DNA from: a virus
Strand: one strand, 5' to 3'
IMG/VR virus record: IMGVR_UViG_3300023184_004051
Location: 1 to 64,000 of that record
DNA: 64,000 bases
Made by a program: the position numbers and the translations under genes. The notes beneath the pieces were generated by a model. That model saw only the letters and a list, made by a program, of their open reading frames with translations, searched no databases and was not told the origin of the DNA. Numbering within the stretch: the first letter of the stretch is position 1; each line of letters opens with the position of its first letter. Of this stretch, positions 9,575 through 18,606 are shown piece after piece.

Positions 9575-9856
9575 CTAGTCGCCTTCGGTGGCGATGGGAA
9601 CGAAGCGTGGGCATCCTCTATCGTGGTGATAGGGCAGGAACTTTTCGGGGTAGCGCCCATCAGCATCCTCGTTGACCCACTCAATGAAACTTTCGCAACA
9701 CGCTTGGTAAGCCATCGTTGCGTAAGCGGAAACAGCAAACCCGCCTGAACTGAGCAGAGCGTTCCAATCCCATTGCGAGGGGTGAGCGAGAGTTTGCCCA
9801 CCAACGATTTCGTCGTGGTCAACCTCGATTTGGATGGTGACTGTGTATTTGGTCAT
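9575..9856 (-). CDS. Hypothetical protein
   Basis: ATG at 9856 preceded by CCAAGCGAAAGGAA. Confidence 0.6.
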   Translation of the reverse strand: MTKYTVTIQIEVDHDEIVGGQTLAHPSQWDWNALLSSGGFAVSAYATMAYQACCESFIEWVNEDADGRYPEKFLPYHHDRGCPRFVPIATEGD

Positions 9857-10317
9857 TCGGGGTTCCTTTCGCTTGGCCGCCACATCATAGTGGGGTTTAG
9901 TGGTGATGTCAAGCCAAACGCCCCAAACTCTTTATTGGCAATCAGCGTGATACCCGTCACTTTTGGAAGCCTGCTAGCATCCATCGCTCGCAATGTCGCT
10001 CGGCGGTTTTGCTGATACTGACGCATCCCCTCACGGCAGATGTCGCAACGGCACTTGTGACGGAAGTAGCAGGACAAGCCGTGCTGAACGACCCGTCGGG
10101 TCTTGCGGGTGCAGGTCGGGTTCCCGCATCCGCATTGCTGAACGACGGGCTTCCGATACTTTTGACGGTAGAGCCGGTAAGCCTCCTTGCAGAGTTCACA
10201 GCGACACTTGTGGTTGGTGTACATCGAATATCGCCCGTGTCTCCCTCGCAGGGTCACGGAGCCTTGTGTGCAGGTGGTGTTCCCACAGGCACAGGGTCGG
10301 GTTTCGGTTTCCATCAT
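9853..10317 (-). CDS. Cys/His-rich zinc-finger repeat protein
   Basis: Two copies of CxCGNxTCT...HG...Y..HKCRC..C.E..R.Y. Confidence 0.7.
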   Translation of the reverse strand: MMETETRPCACGNTTCTQGSVTLRGRHGRYSMYTNHKCRCELCKEAYRLYRQKYRKPVVQQCGCGNPTCTRKTRRVVQHGLSCYFRHKCRCDICREGMRQYQQNRRATLRAMDASRLPKVTGITLIANKEFGAFGLTSPLNPTMMWRPSERNPE

Positions 10318-10321
10318 TCTC

Positions 10322-10777
10322 CTAGTAGACAATCTCAAAGTGATGCTTCACCACTTTTGGCGTGACCTTCTTGGCGAACCGTGAAGGTGCTGAGTACGGG
10401 TTTGCTTTGACAGCCACTTTTGGAGTAGGCTTCGCAGTCGCTTTTGCAACTGTTGTCAGTGGTGATGACACAACTTTGGGTTGGTTCAGTTGACGCTCAA
10501 TCTCGTAGTCAATGTCAAACCCGATGTCATCAGAGTCATCAGCAAAGTAGTAATCCTCGTCAACGAAGTAGTCAACGGTTGACGCAAGATACTCGTCAAA
10601 GGTTTCCTCGTCAAACAGGTAGAAGGGCAACTCGCTCTCCCCGCATCCGAGAAGGTTCGCCCAATCAGCGTCGGTCAACCCTCGTGTGAAGTCAATCTCA
10701 AACTGATACTTATTCGCGAGGAAGGCGATGTCAGCATCGTCAAGTTGCTTGGAGTAGAAATCCTTTTCGGCAGTCAT
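10322..10777 (-). CDS. Hypothetical protein (acidic core, basic tail)
   Basis: Long ORF coupled to the upstream GGCT gene. Confidence 0.65.
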   Translation of the reverse strand: MTAEKDFYSKQLDDADIAFLANKYQFEIDFTRGLTDADWANLLGCGESELPFYLFDEETFDEYLASTVDYFVDEDYYFADDSDDIGFDIDYEIERQLNQPKVVSSPLTTVAKATAKPTPKVAVKANPYSAPSRFAKKVTPKVVKHHFEIVY

Positions 10778-11214
10778 TAGAACCTCCACCATTCGGTGCG
10801 CTCCACGCAACACCAATCGTTGTTCGGGATGGGGTCACCGAGGAAGTGCGTGTTGCTATCGGCTAGGGCGCAAACGATGACGCTCACGGCTTCACCATTG
10901 ACCGTTGCCTCAGCCTCCACGATGGAGTAGCCAGCGTTGGCTTCCATCTGAAGCATTGACAGCACTTGGTCACTCAGGGGCAACTCGTAGACCTCGCCAA
11001 CGGCGTTTTCATTCGTGTTGTCGGTCATCACCAAATACGGAAATGCTCGGTGGTCACGGCCATAGAACAGTCGAGCAGACGGCATCACCGCAAGCCCTAC
11101 ATTCTCAATGACCTCGCTCTCAATCCAATCGTGCAGTCGCTCGCCTTTGCGGAGTGTTCCGTAGGCAAAGAACAGCACAGTTTTTATGTCTGTGGTTTCG
11201 CTTGTCGTTGTCAT
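10777..11214 (-). CDS. Gamma-glutamylcyclotransferase (AIG2/YtfP-like)
   Basis: FFAYGTLRKGERLH, AFPYL, VGEVYE, conserved Glu in LQMEA. Confidence 0.82.
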   Translation of the reverse strand: MTTTSETTDIKTVLFFAYGTLRKGERLHDWIESEVIENVGLAVMPSARLFYGRDHRAFPYLVMTDNTNENAVGEVYELPLSDQVLSMLQMEANAGYSIVEAEATVNGEAVSVIVCALADSNTHFLGDPIPNNDWCCVERTEWWRF

Positions 11215-11260
11215 AGCAAACAGTGTAGCACACTCAACTAAACCCTGCTACACTTTTCGT

Positions 11261-11464
11261 ATGAACGAGGACAGAGTAGAAGTTTCCTTTGTGTATCAAG
11301 GGCGACAGATAGAGACACGGTTCTGCCCACGCTCGCAGGCTGACAAGTGGGGCCGGCAGATGGTCACCATCTACGCCGGAATGTTGAACGGTTCCTACCG
11401 TATTCGGGAACTGCCAAACACCAATGAAATCAAGGTCAATCACTATTTCATAGAAGTGACTTGA
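11261..11464 (+). CDS. Hypothetical protein
   Basis: TACACT-N6-ATG leaderless start. Confidence 0.6.
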   Translation: MNEDRVEVSFVYQGRQIETRFCPRSQADKWGRQMVTIYAGMLNGSYRIRELPNTNEIKVNHYFIEVT

Positions 11465-11490
11465 CACGGGCTATCCAGCCTGCATAGAAT
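11461..11490 (+). promoter_or_regulatory. SigA-type promoter
   Basis: TTGACA-N18-TAGAAT followed by CCGACTAAGGAG. Confidence 0.75.
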
Positions 11491-11523
11491 GACAACGAAG
11501 CAACACCGACTAAGGAGACAGCA

Positions 11524-12426
11524 ATGCACCAATACCAATACAACAAGGATGCCGTTCTCGCTCAGATGCGTGAGCGTGGCATCGCCAACTTCCAAGAACC
11601 AAACAAGGTGGATGTGGTGACCGGCTCGACCTCGGGCTACCTCGTCAGCGACCTCTTTGATTTGGAAGTGACCGAACTTGGCAACCGTCGTGTCAACATC
11701 ACCGTTCACGATGTCGCTGAGTTGCGCACCCTCATTGCCGAGGCTCGTCGCACCGCACCTGCCAACCATCACCGTTCGCTCTTTCGGTTCAACTCCCAAA
11801 TGAACAAGGCAGTTGCCGAAGCCACGCGGAAGGCTGAGATGAAGGCTCAGACGCTCTACGCCTACTTGCTGATGGACAACTACGCACCTCGCCTCCACGA
11901 GGGCGATGCGGGTTATGTCGCTCAGGACTACCCCCTCTCCGTCATTGGTCTTGACGAACTCATCTCTGCTTACAACCGAAACCAAGAGATGCTGATGAGC
12001 GACTTTGCGTGGCAAAGTGGTCGTCGCAATGGGCGAGATGTGGCGTTCCTCCGCACGAGCCTCTACGACGAGAACGCTCAATGGTCAACCACCGCCTACG
12101 GCTTCTCGGTAGCGGTCACCGCTAAGGCAACGGTTGATGTGGATGGTGAACTCGCCGTCAAGTATGAAATGGAAACCCTGCAAGACCACTCATCGCGGAT
12201 TGGTGAAGCCATTATGCGCTACTGCCGTGATTTCGCACCGTTGATGTTGACGTTCAATACTGACCGTGACTTGCGTATCGCAAAAGAGTTGGCGAGCAAC
12301 AAGTTGCACCTCATCCTCACCAAGTCAGCCCAACTGTTGCACCACGCCATCACGATGCGTGAGCGTGAGTTGCGAGGCTTGGGCTTTGACATCCAAATCG
12401 CCTACAACGATACGATGGCGGCATAA
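11524..12426 (+). CDS. Hypothetical protein (300 aa)
   Basis: Long ORF with strong promoter and RBS; no motif recognised. Confidence 0.8.
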   Translation: MHQYQYNKDAVLAQMRERGIANFQEPNKVDVVTGSTSGYLVSDLFDLEVTELGNRRVNITVHDVAELRTLIAEARRTAPANHHRSLFRFNSQMNKAVAEATRKAEMKAQTLYAYLLMDNYAPRLHEGDAGYVAQDYPLSVIGLDELISAYNRNQEMLMSDFAWQSGRRNGRDVAFLRTSLYDENAQWSTTAYGFSVAVTAKATVDVDGELAVKYEMETLQDHSSRIGEAIMRYCRDFAPLMLTFNTDRDLRIAKELASNKLHLILTKSAQLLHHAITMRERELRGLGFDIQIAYNDTMAA

Positions 12427-12440
12427 GAAAGAGAGAAGCG

Positions 12441-12794
12441 ATGAAAGCATTGACCATCACCACCGCCGGAGGGGTTTCCGTTTTGGAAATCCCCGATGGC
12501 GACAATCTTGACGAACTGCAAGAGAGCGTCGGGGGGCTGATTGAACTTATCCGCCTCGGCTCCATCGGTTGCGACCTTTGGTGCAACGAGGAAGGCAGGT
12601 TGCTGAACCTGCCCGTGAACAACATCGCCACCGCTCTATGGTGGCGTGAGAGCATCGGCAATGGCGTGATTATTGACGACGCTCTCGTAGGCGATGTCAT
12701 CATCACGGGTGGGCCTGATGCCAATGGCGACACCCTCGGACTGACCGACGAACAGGTAGCCGGCCTTCTTGCGTTTATTGCTGAACGGTGCTAG
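12441..12794 (+). CDS. DUF3846 family protein
   Basis: LDELQESVGGLIE, CNEEGRLLNLPVN..AT, LVGDVIITG. Confidence 0.82.
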   Translation: MKALTITTAGGVSVLEIPDGDNLDELQESVGGLIELIRLGSIGCDLWCNEEGRLLNLPVNNIATALWWRESIGNGVIIDDALVGDVIITGGPDANGDTLGLTDEQVAGLLAFIAERC

Positions 12795-12823
12795 TCTCTC
12801 GCTTCCCAAGCGAAAGGAAGCCG

Positions 12824-13081
12824 ATGCCTCTACAAGTGGCAGTCACCATCCCACCCCATCCAAAATCGGGGAGGATACACATTGGCAATGACACTTCACC
12901 TGTTGAGGAAATGGCGGAACTTCCAAAACACCGACTTGACATAGACACTTTCACGCCGGAGATTGCCTCGCAGGTTGAGGACATCTTGCTGAAGGAGGGC
13001 TATGTCGTCATCTCGGGATGGGACTACCTCATTGAGATTTCGGTTGCCAACATTGAGCCGTTGCGTGGCAAAAATGGATGA
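12824..13081 (+). CDS. Hypothetical protein
   Basis: CCAAGCGAAAGGAA RBS. Confidence 0.6.
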   Translation: MPLQVAVTIPPHPKSGRIHIGNDTSPVEEMAELPKHRLDIDTFTPEIASQVEDILLKEGYVVISGWDYLIEISVANIEPLRGKNG

Positions 13082-13355
13082 CCAAATCAGCAGAAGGTAT
13101 GTCTACCAATCCCAACACGACACTTCCAAACACAAGGGCAAAAAATCAGTCTACCTCGTTGAGCAAATGAGGGGAAGCAATGTCATCGCCCGCGTGAAGC
13201 CTCTCGGAATGGTCAGGGAAACCACCGCAGTCGAGGAAATCACCATTGCCCTTATCAACGAGAGCATCACAGTCGTTGGCAAATGGGCTAAGACCAAGCG
13301 TGGTCATCACAGTCGTAGTCGTGCAGTTCTCGGTTCAGAGTTTGAGGTGAACTAA
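13074..13355 (+). CDS. Hypothetical protein
   Basis: Coupled between its neighbours. Confidence 0.6.
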   Translation: MDDQISRRYVYQSQHDTSKHKGKKSVYLVEQMRGSNVIARVKPLGMVRETTAVEEITIALINESITVVGKWAKTKRGHHSRSRAVLGSEFEVN

Positions 13356-13936
13356 TGCCAAGGCCCGTTTACAGCCAGCGAGAAGTTTGGCTCAAAGATG
13401 CCAGATGTCGGGGGATGAACCCAAATCTGTTTTTCCCGATGGATGCTGATGGGCGAATAAAGTTCAAGGTTGACCCGCAAGCCGTAGAAGCGTGTGCCAA
13501 CTGTCCGGTCATTGAGCAATGTGCTGATTGGGCGACCCGCCACGAAGCCTACGGGTATCAAGGTGGAATGACGGAAACCCAACGGGCGCAACGCCGACGC
13601 AAACTGAACATCTTGCTTTGGGAACCGCAACACAACATCACCACCATCAAGCCAGCCGTTCGTTCGTTGCCGGCCCATATCGTTCACGGAACACCAAGCG
13701 GATACAAGATGGAAATCAAGCGGGGTTTTGAGGCTTGCGATGCCTGTCGAGCGGCGCACACGGCGCAGGCTAAGGCGAGCAAAGCAAAGGTGAAACTGCT
13801 GAAACAAGAGCAAGAAGCCGAACGCCAAGCACGGATTTCAGCACGAATGGCGGAACTTGAAGCCGAACGCAAGGCGAACGCCGAGAAGCGAGCGGCGGAA
13901 AAAGCGAAGCGAGCAGCGAGGGCCGCAAGCCGCTGA
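13355..13936 (+). CDS. WhiB family transcription factor with C-terminal HGT/CxxC motif and coiled coil
   Basis: W...ARC, FFP, CANCPVIEQC, GYQGGMT..QR; HGTPSGY...CDACRAAH. Confidence 0.9.
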   Translation: MPRPVYSQREVWLKDARCRGMNPNLFFPMDADGRIKFKVDPQAVEACANCPVIEQCADWATRHEAYGYQGGMTETQRAQRRRKLNILLWEPQHNITTIKPAVRSLPAHIVHGTPSGYKMEIKRGFEACDACRAAHTAQAKASKAKVKLLKQEQEAERQARISARMAELEAERKANAEKRAAEKAKRAARAASR

Positions 13937-13965
13937 TTTTCCAAAACGGGGGATAACCTTGTGTT

Positions 13966-15210
13966 GTGAAAACCTTTCTCGTCAAAGCAACCCGTAGCAT
14001 TATGATGGCAGTCGTGGCGCTCGCTACAGTGGGCGTTTTCACTACGCTCCCTAGCAGCCAAGCACAAGCGGGCGTTCAATCTGCCTGCTCCACTTGGGTT
14101 CGCCTCATTGACATTTCTAGCAACAACGCTCACCCCATCAACTGGACTCTGGTTGCCCGAAATGGCGTTTGGGGCGCATACATCAAGAACTCCGAGAACA
14201 CCACTTATGTCAACGAGTTTTGGAACGAGGACACGGCAGGGGCTACGAAGGCTGGCGTTCCGTGGGGTGGCTACTACTTCGCTCGACCCGGACACGCATC
14301 AGCAGTCGCTTCGGCACAGTTCTTTGTGAAATCCGGTGGCGCTAAGGGCCAACTCCCTCCTGTTTTGGACTTGGAAGTGAACGAGTTGTCCGGTGCGGCA
14401 ACCGTGAACTGGGCGATGACTTGGTTCAACACGGTGAAATCCCTTACGGGTCGCACCCCTGTTCTCTACACGGGTGGCTTCTATGCCTACTCATCAGCAC
14501 CGTCGTTGGCGCAGATGAACCTTTGGCTCGCCGCATATCCAAACGGCTACAAGCCCACTCCTAGCGCCTGTGGTCTGCCACTCCCTTACACGCCTTCACC
14601 TTGGGCGGCTAAGGGTTGGAGCATCTGGCAATACACGAGCGTTGGTCGCATCGCCGGAACCTCAGGAAACATTGACGTTTCAGCAGCCGAGCAATCGTGG
14701 TGGACTTCTGTGACCGGCTCTGGCGTGAAGCCCCCGCAGCCCGGTATCAACAAATACCCAGCCCCCATCTACGCAGGTGGCTCGCACGGAACAAAGGTTG
14801 CTGAAATCCAGCGCATCCTCATCAAGCAAGGACTCCTTCCAAAAGGCTCCGACGACGGCTTCTATGGCCCCAAGACCGTTGAAGCGGTGAAAAAGTGGCA
14901 GGTCATCATCAAGGCAAAGCCCGACGGCTTGTGGTCTAGTGAAACCGACAAGTCCACGACCTATTGGCTTCACCACTACCGCCCCCTTCCCCGGAAGTGG
15001 AACTACCCACGCTTGACTTTTGGAACGCACAACTACCCGTGGGTTCGCACCGCTCAGACGCTCCTGCGTCGTCACGGCTACAACATTTCAGTAGATGGCG
15101 TGTGGGGCAAGCAGACGCACTTCGCAGTAGCGGCTTTCCAAAAGCGGCATCACCTTCCGCCAAGTGGCGTGACCGGCCCGATGACTTGGGTTGAACTGTG
15201 GAAGCGGTAG
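13966..15210 (+). CDS. Endolysin: signal peptide, GH25 muramidase, two peptidoglycan-binding domains
   Basis: IDISSNN, GGYYF, PVLDLE, IWQYTS, NIDVS; DGFYGPKT..AVKKWQ and DGVWGKQT..AV.AFQ. Confidence 0.92.
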   Translation: MKTFLVKATRSIMMAVVALATVGVFTTLPSSQAQAGVQSACSTWVRLIDISSNNAHPINWTLVARNGVWGAYIKNSENTTYVNEFWNEDTAGATKAGVPWGGYYFARPGHASAVASAQFFVKSGGAKGQLPPVLDLEVNELSGAATVNWAMTWFNTVKSLTGRTPVLYTGGFYAYSSAPSLAQMNLWLAAYPNGYKPTPSACGLPLPYTPSPWAAKGWSIWQYTSVGRIAGTSGNIDVSAAEQSWWTSVTGSGVKPPQPGINKYPAPIYAGGSHGTKVAEIQRILIKQGLLPKGSDDGFYGPKTVEAVKKWQVIIKAKPDGLWSSETDKSTTYWLHHYRPLPRKWNYPRLTFGTHNYPWVRTAQTLLRRHGYNISVDGVWGKQTHFAVAAFQKRHHLPPSGVTGPMTWVELWKR

Positions 15211-15533
15211 CAGTAGCCGTCACCGTCAGTCAAAACACCTCAAACCTTTGGCATACGCTCGCTGCGATGGTCGCTGTGTTCGGGGCGATGGCAACAGGGT
15301 TCGGTTGGCTGAACCGCAAAATCGCAAAGAAGTCCGACATCCAAAAGTTGATTGGCGAGTTAGCCGACTACAAGGATGGGAACACCAAAGAGAACACCCG
15401 CATCATTGCGCTCGTTGAGGAACTGAAGCACGACACCGAGCGCACCGAGAACCGCTTGGAGCGACACATCGAGTTCGGCGTTCACGGGCGCTCGCGTGTT
15501 CAGCGCAATCCGCTCGACGGCGAGGGTGAATGA
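15198..15533 (+). CDS. Putative holin-like membrane protein
   Basis: One TM helix plus coiled coil, directly after the endolysin. Confidence 0.55.
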   Translation: MEAVAVAVTVSQNTSNLWHTLAAMVAVFGAMATGFGWLNRKIAKKSDIQKLIGELADYKDGNTKENTRIIALVEELKHDTERTENRLERHIEFGVHGRSRVQRNPLDGEGE

Positions 15534-15537
15534 AAAG

Positions 15538-15632
15538 AGCCGAGGCCACCCGATAGGGGCATTTCCCCTACACCGTCCGGCGAAAGAAAGTTGGTGACCT
15601 CGGCGGGTCGCAATGCTATCAGCCCGCCGAGC
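15538..15632. other. Structured intergenic element with alternative stems
   Basis: GCCGAGGCCACC/GGTGACCTCGGC stem, TAGGGG/CCCCTA hairpin and competing CTCGGCGGG/CCCGCCGAG stem. Confidence 0.45.
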
Positions 15633-15750
15633 CTCAGTCAAACAACAAGCCTGCACGCTGCGAGCCTCGTTTGGAAAGAAAATGTCAAACTTTTTTTGGG
15701 GTATTTGTGTTTTCCCAGATGAGAGCGCATAAAAAATATTCACCTCTGGC

Positions 15751-15779
15751 TTGACTTTGCTACTAAACGCCACTACAGT
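15751..15779 (+). promoter_or_regulatory. SigA-type promoter with upstream AT-rich tract
   Basis: TTGACT-N17-TACAGT followed by CCGACTAAGGAG. Confidence 0.7.
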
Positions 15780-15821
15780 TGTTCTCGTTGGGATAAGCCA
15801 ACACCGACTAAGGAGTGCGAT

Positions 15822-16439
15822 ATGCAAACTTTCCAAGAAGCCACCGAGAAGCAAATGGCTTTCATCAACGACCTTCTCGCCAAGCGAGTTGTCCCTACCG
15901 ATGTTCAGGGTCGCATTGAGGCTGAGTTGCTCTCACGGGCTGATGCCTCCAACTTCATTGACCTTCTCAAGGCGATGCCTTACAAGCAACGCACGAACAG
16001 CACCCCTGCCGCCTCACAGTTCATCGCTCACCCTGCACAGGCTCGTGAGTTGGCTAAGGGCTTCTACACGGTTGCTGACGGTCAGGGCGGTTGGGTCACC
16101 TTCCGTATCACGATGGGCAACAAGAACTTCGCTGAAGGCAAGACCATCATCGGCGTTCTCGTCGGCTCTAACAACGAGCGTTCCTACAAGAACTTCGGTT
16201 TCGTGGCTGACGGTGGCATCCGCAAGTGGGGTTCAGCACAGGTCAGTGAGCGGGTCATCGCTTCGGCGCAGTTCCTTCTCACCGGCAACACCGACGAGGC
16301 TCGTAGCGAGTTTCTGAACCAGAGCGAGGCAAACGCTATGGCATCCAACACCTGCCTTGCCTGCCTCAAAACCCTCACCGTTCCTGCCAGCGTTGGTCGT
16401 GGCTTGGGGCCTGTCTGCGCTAAGCAGATGGGACTCTAA
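15822..16439 (+). CDS. DUF6011 domain protein
   Basis: C-terminal CLACLKTLTVPASVGRGLGPVC; N-terminal ATEKQ.AFI..L module. Confidence 0.8.
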   Translation: MQTFQEATEKQMAFINDLLAKRVVPTDVQGRIEAELLSRADASNFIDLLKAMPYKQRTNSTPAASQFIAHPAQARELAKGFYTVADGQGGWVTFRITMGNKNFAEGKTIIGVLVGSNNERSYKNFGFVADGGIRKWGSAQVSERVIASAQFLLTGNTDEARSEFLNQSEANAMASNTCLACLKTLTVPASVGRGLGPVCAKQMGL

Positions 16440-16472
16440 GCCTCAGATAGGCTTGACACCGTGAGTAAGCGT

Positions 16473-16636
16473 AAGCCCCGACAGAGCGACACCACCGCCC
16501 TGTCGGGGCTTCGTCGCGAACGCCATTTTGCTGATGGTGGGTCGCTCCACGAATGGCGTGGGGGATTGGCTCACCGCTTCACTGACCGTAAGCGCGAGAG
16601 TGAACGCAAAGCCTGTCGCCGGTTCACCACCGACGA
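16473..16636. ncRNA. Candidate structured non-coding element
   Basis: Perfect 12-bp stem AAGCCCCGACAG/CTGTCGGGGCTT, then ACGCCATT/AATGGCGT and TTCACT/AGTGAA stems. Confidence 0.4.
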
Positions 16637-16724
16637 TTAGAACTTGCTTCCTGCGTAGCGATTGACTAAGATACTCCACCTACACCACCCTTTAGCGTTG
16701 CTCATAAGCACGGAAAGAGACACG

Positions 16725-17072
16725 ATGAACCAATACGAAATCCAACAGGCAATAGAGGCTGAACTAGAGCGGATGGAAGGCTTGGTGGATGAACTTCAGC
16801 GAGCCGGTATTGACCAAAGCCGAGCGGAAGCCGACTACAAGGTGAACTTCGCCAAAGAGCGACTTCGGGCAAGGTCGGCAGGTGTCGTCGGTGGCGTGAA
16901 GGTCACGCAAGACCACGCTGATGACCTCGCAGTCGTGGCGACGGAAGGCGAGTTCCATAACCGTTTGCTGACGAGCAACAACCTGATGACCCTCCGTGAG
17001 GCTCTACACGCCTCCAAAACACACCTAGAGGCTCTACGCACCCTCGCTGCCTCATATCGGGTCACACCATAA
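16725..17072 (+). CDS. Coiled-coil phage protein
   Basis: Helical protein ending LEALRTLAASYR; GGAAAGAG RBS. Confidence 0.75.
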   Translation: MNQYEIQQAIEAELERMEGLVDELQRAGIDQSRAEADYKVNFAKERLRARSAGVVGGVKVTQDHADDLAVVATEGEFHNRLLTSNNLMTLREALHASKTHLEALRTLAASYRVTP

Positions 17073-17131
17073 CTCCGCCCCGTTTTGGAAAACGGTGTAG
17101 GGTGAGTTCAAGAGTGCATTGGAACTTACCT

Positions 17132-17383
17132 ATGGATGACTTGCCACCGATTACAGCAGATGAAATCAAACTCATCGCCTTAGAGGAAGGTCTGCGCTCT
17201 GCGGTCTTGCTTGACCAACTCCGGCTAAAGATGCTTCACCAAGCCGTTGAGTGGATAGTCGAGTTGACCGACCTGCCGGTGATTGAAGTCCGGCGAGAAC
17301 TTGCTCGCTACAAAAGTGGACAGATGGCACGAAGTCTTGCTACAATAAATGCAGTTCGTCACCTCTTGAAGGGGACAGACTAA
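17132..17383 (+). CDS. Hypothetical protein
   Basis: Similar to 9177..9527; start uncertain. Confidence 0.6.
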   Translation: MDDLPPITADEIKLIALEEGLRSAVLLDQLRLKMLHQAVEWIVELTDLPVIEVRRELARYKSGQMARSLATINAVRHLLKGTD

Positions 17384-17428
17384 TCCAATCAAGCCCTGCT
17401 AAGGGCTTCCAAACCGAAGGACATCCTA

Positions 17429-17872
17429 ATGTCAGCAAACATCACAGTAGTAGGCAACATCGCATCAGACCCCGAACTGAAGTTCTTTGATAGTGGAACC
17501 GCATATGTCAACTTCGCAGTTGCCGTTGGTTCACGCAAGAAGGATGAAACCGGAACTTGGGTTGATGGTGATACCTCTTGGTTTGACTGCACCGTGTTTG
17601 ATGCACAAGCCGAGAACTTCGCAGTTTCCCTGACGAAGGGAACCCGTGTCGTGGTGACCGGAACGCAAACTCAGCGTAAGTACACCGACAAGGAAGGCAA
17701 CGAGCGCACCGCTTTCAACATCCGTGTTGAGGAAGTCGCTCCATCCCTGAAGTGGGCATCAGCATCAGTGACCCGCAACCCCAAGAAGGATGCGAGCGAA
17801 AACACCTCTCGCTCCGCTCAGGCTCCCGCACGACGCGCAGAGCCACCTCGCTTCAACGACGAGCCTTTCTAA
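17429..17872 (+). CDS. ssb: Single-stranded DNA-binding protein
   Basis: ITVVGNIASDPELKF, AENFAVSLTKGTRVVVTG, EEVAPSLKWA, C-terminal DEPF. Confidence 0.95.
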   Translation: MSANITVVGNIASDPELKFFDSGTAYVNFAVAVGSRKKDETGTWVDGDTSWFDCTVFDAQAENFAVSLTKGTRVVVTGTQTQRKYTDKEGNERTAFNIRVEEVAPSLKWASASVTRNPKKDASENTSRSAQAPARRAEPPRFNDEPF

Positions 17873-17880
17873 GGCAAGAT

Positions 17881-17966
17881 TGGTGCTGAACCCGCAAGGG
17901 TAGGCAACCGAGGGGCGTAGCCCAAGTCGCTGTCGCAGGCTGATTTGGGCTACCCCCAACCCCTCG
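17881..17966 (+). other. Nested hairpins downstream of ssb
   Basis: ACCC-GCAA-GGGT GNRA hairpin; GTAGCCCAAGTC/GATTTGGGCTAC stem inside CGAGGGG/CCCCTCG. Confidence 0.45.
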
Positions 17967-18013
17967 CCGGTATTCAGGCGCAGTCACATCGAAATGTTGT
18001 ACTATTTGCTTTC

Positions 18014-18217
18014 GTGGCGAACCCTGACGACGAAAATGGCGACGACGAGTTTAGTGAAATGCACGACCCGTTCATTGGTGCGCCGTTATCCGGTCACCTC
18101 GTTGTCGCATTTGGCGAACTCTACAACTCCTTCTCCGCACTTATGGAGAGCGGTTTCACCGAAAACCAAGCCCTAAAGTTCCTCGCCTTCTGCTCTATTT
18201 TTGAGGGCGACTTTTGA
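18014..18217 (+). CDS. Small conserved actinophage-type protein
   Basis: ELYNSFSALMESGFTENQAL motif. Confidence 0.65.
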   Translation: MANPDDENGDDEFSEMHDPFIGAPLSGHLVVAFGELYNSFSALMESGFTENQALKFLAFCSIFEGDF

Positions 18218-18606
18218 CCTACGCCAATCCGAACTACGACGGCACGAACGACTTTTTTTTACCTGAGGATGTCATCCTCATTGACCAACAACTTGCTTTA
18301 GCAATGAAGCCCCCTGCGTGGGCGAAAGACGGAGAGTGTCGAGCGCCGAACGCAGCGAACCTAGACAAGTTCTTTCCCGAAAGCACGAAGCACGGTGGCA
18401 ATCACCTAAAGCCTGCCCGTGAGATGTGCCTCAGATGCCCTGTGCGCTACGAGTGTTTGGAATACGGGATAGACGAACCTTGGGGGGTTTGGGGTGGTCA
18501 TTCACCAAGCCAGCGCCGTCGCATCATTTCCCTAGTGAAAAATGGTAGTAGCCTATGGGAGGCTAGCCAAGTCATAGATGCACGGAGTAGGGATGCCAGA
18601 GGATAA
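18214..18606 (+). CDS. WhiB family transcription factor
   Basis: W...GEC, FFP, CLRCPVRYECLEY, GVWGGHSPSQRRR. Confidence 0.92.
   Translation: MTYANPNYDGTNDFFLPEDVILIDQQLALAMKPPAWAKDGECRAPNAANLDKFFPESTKHGGNHLKPAREMCLRCPVRYECLEYGIDEPWGVWGGHSPSQRRRIISLVKNGSSLWEASQVIDARSRDARG

Noticed and set aside
16443-16660. tRNA or hammerhead ribozyme
   Set aside because: No cloverleaf or T-loop consensus; CTGATGG lacks the CUGANGA/GAAA core.
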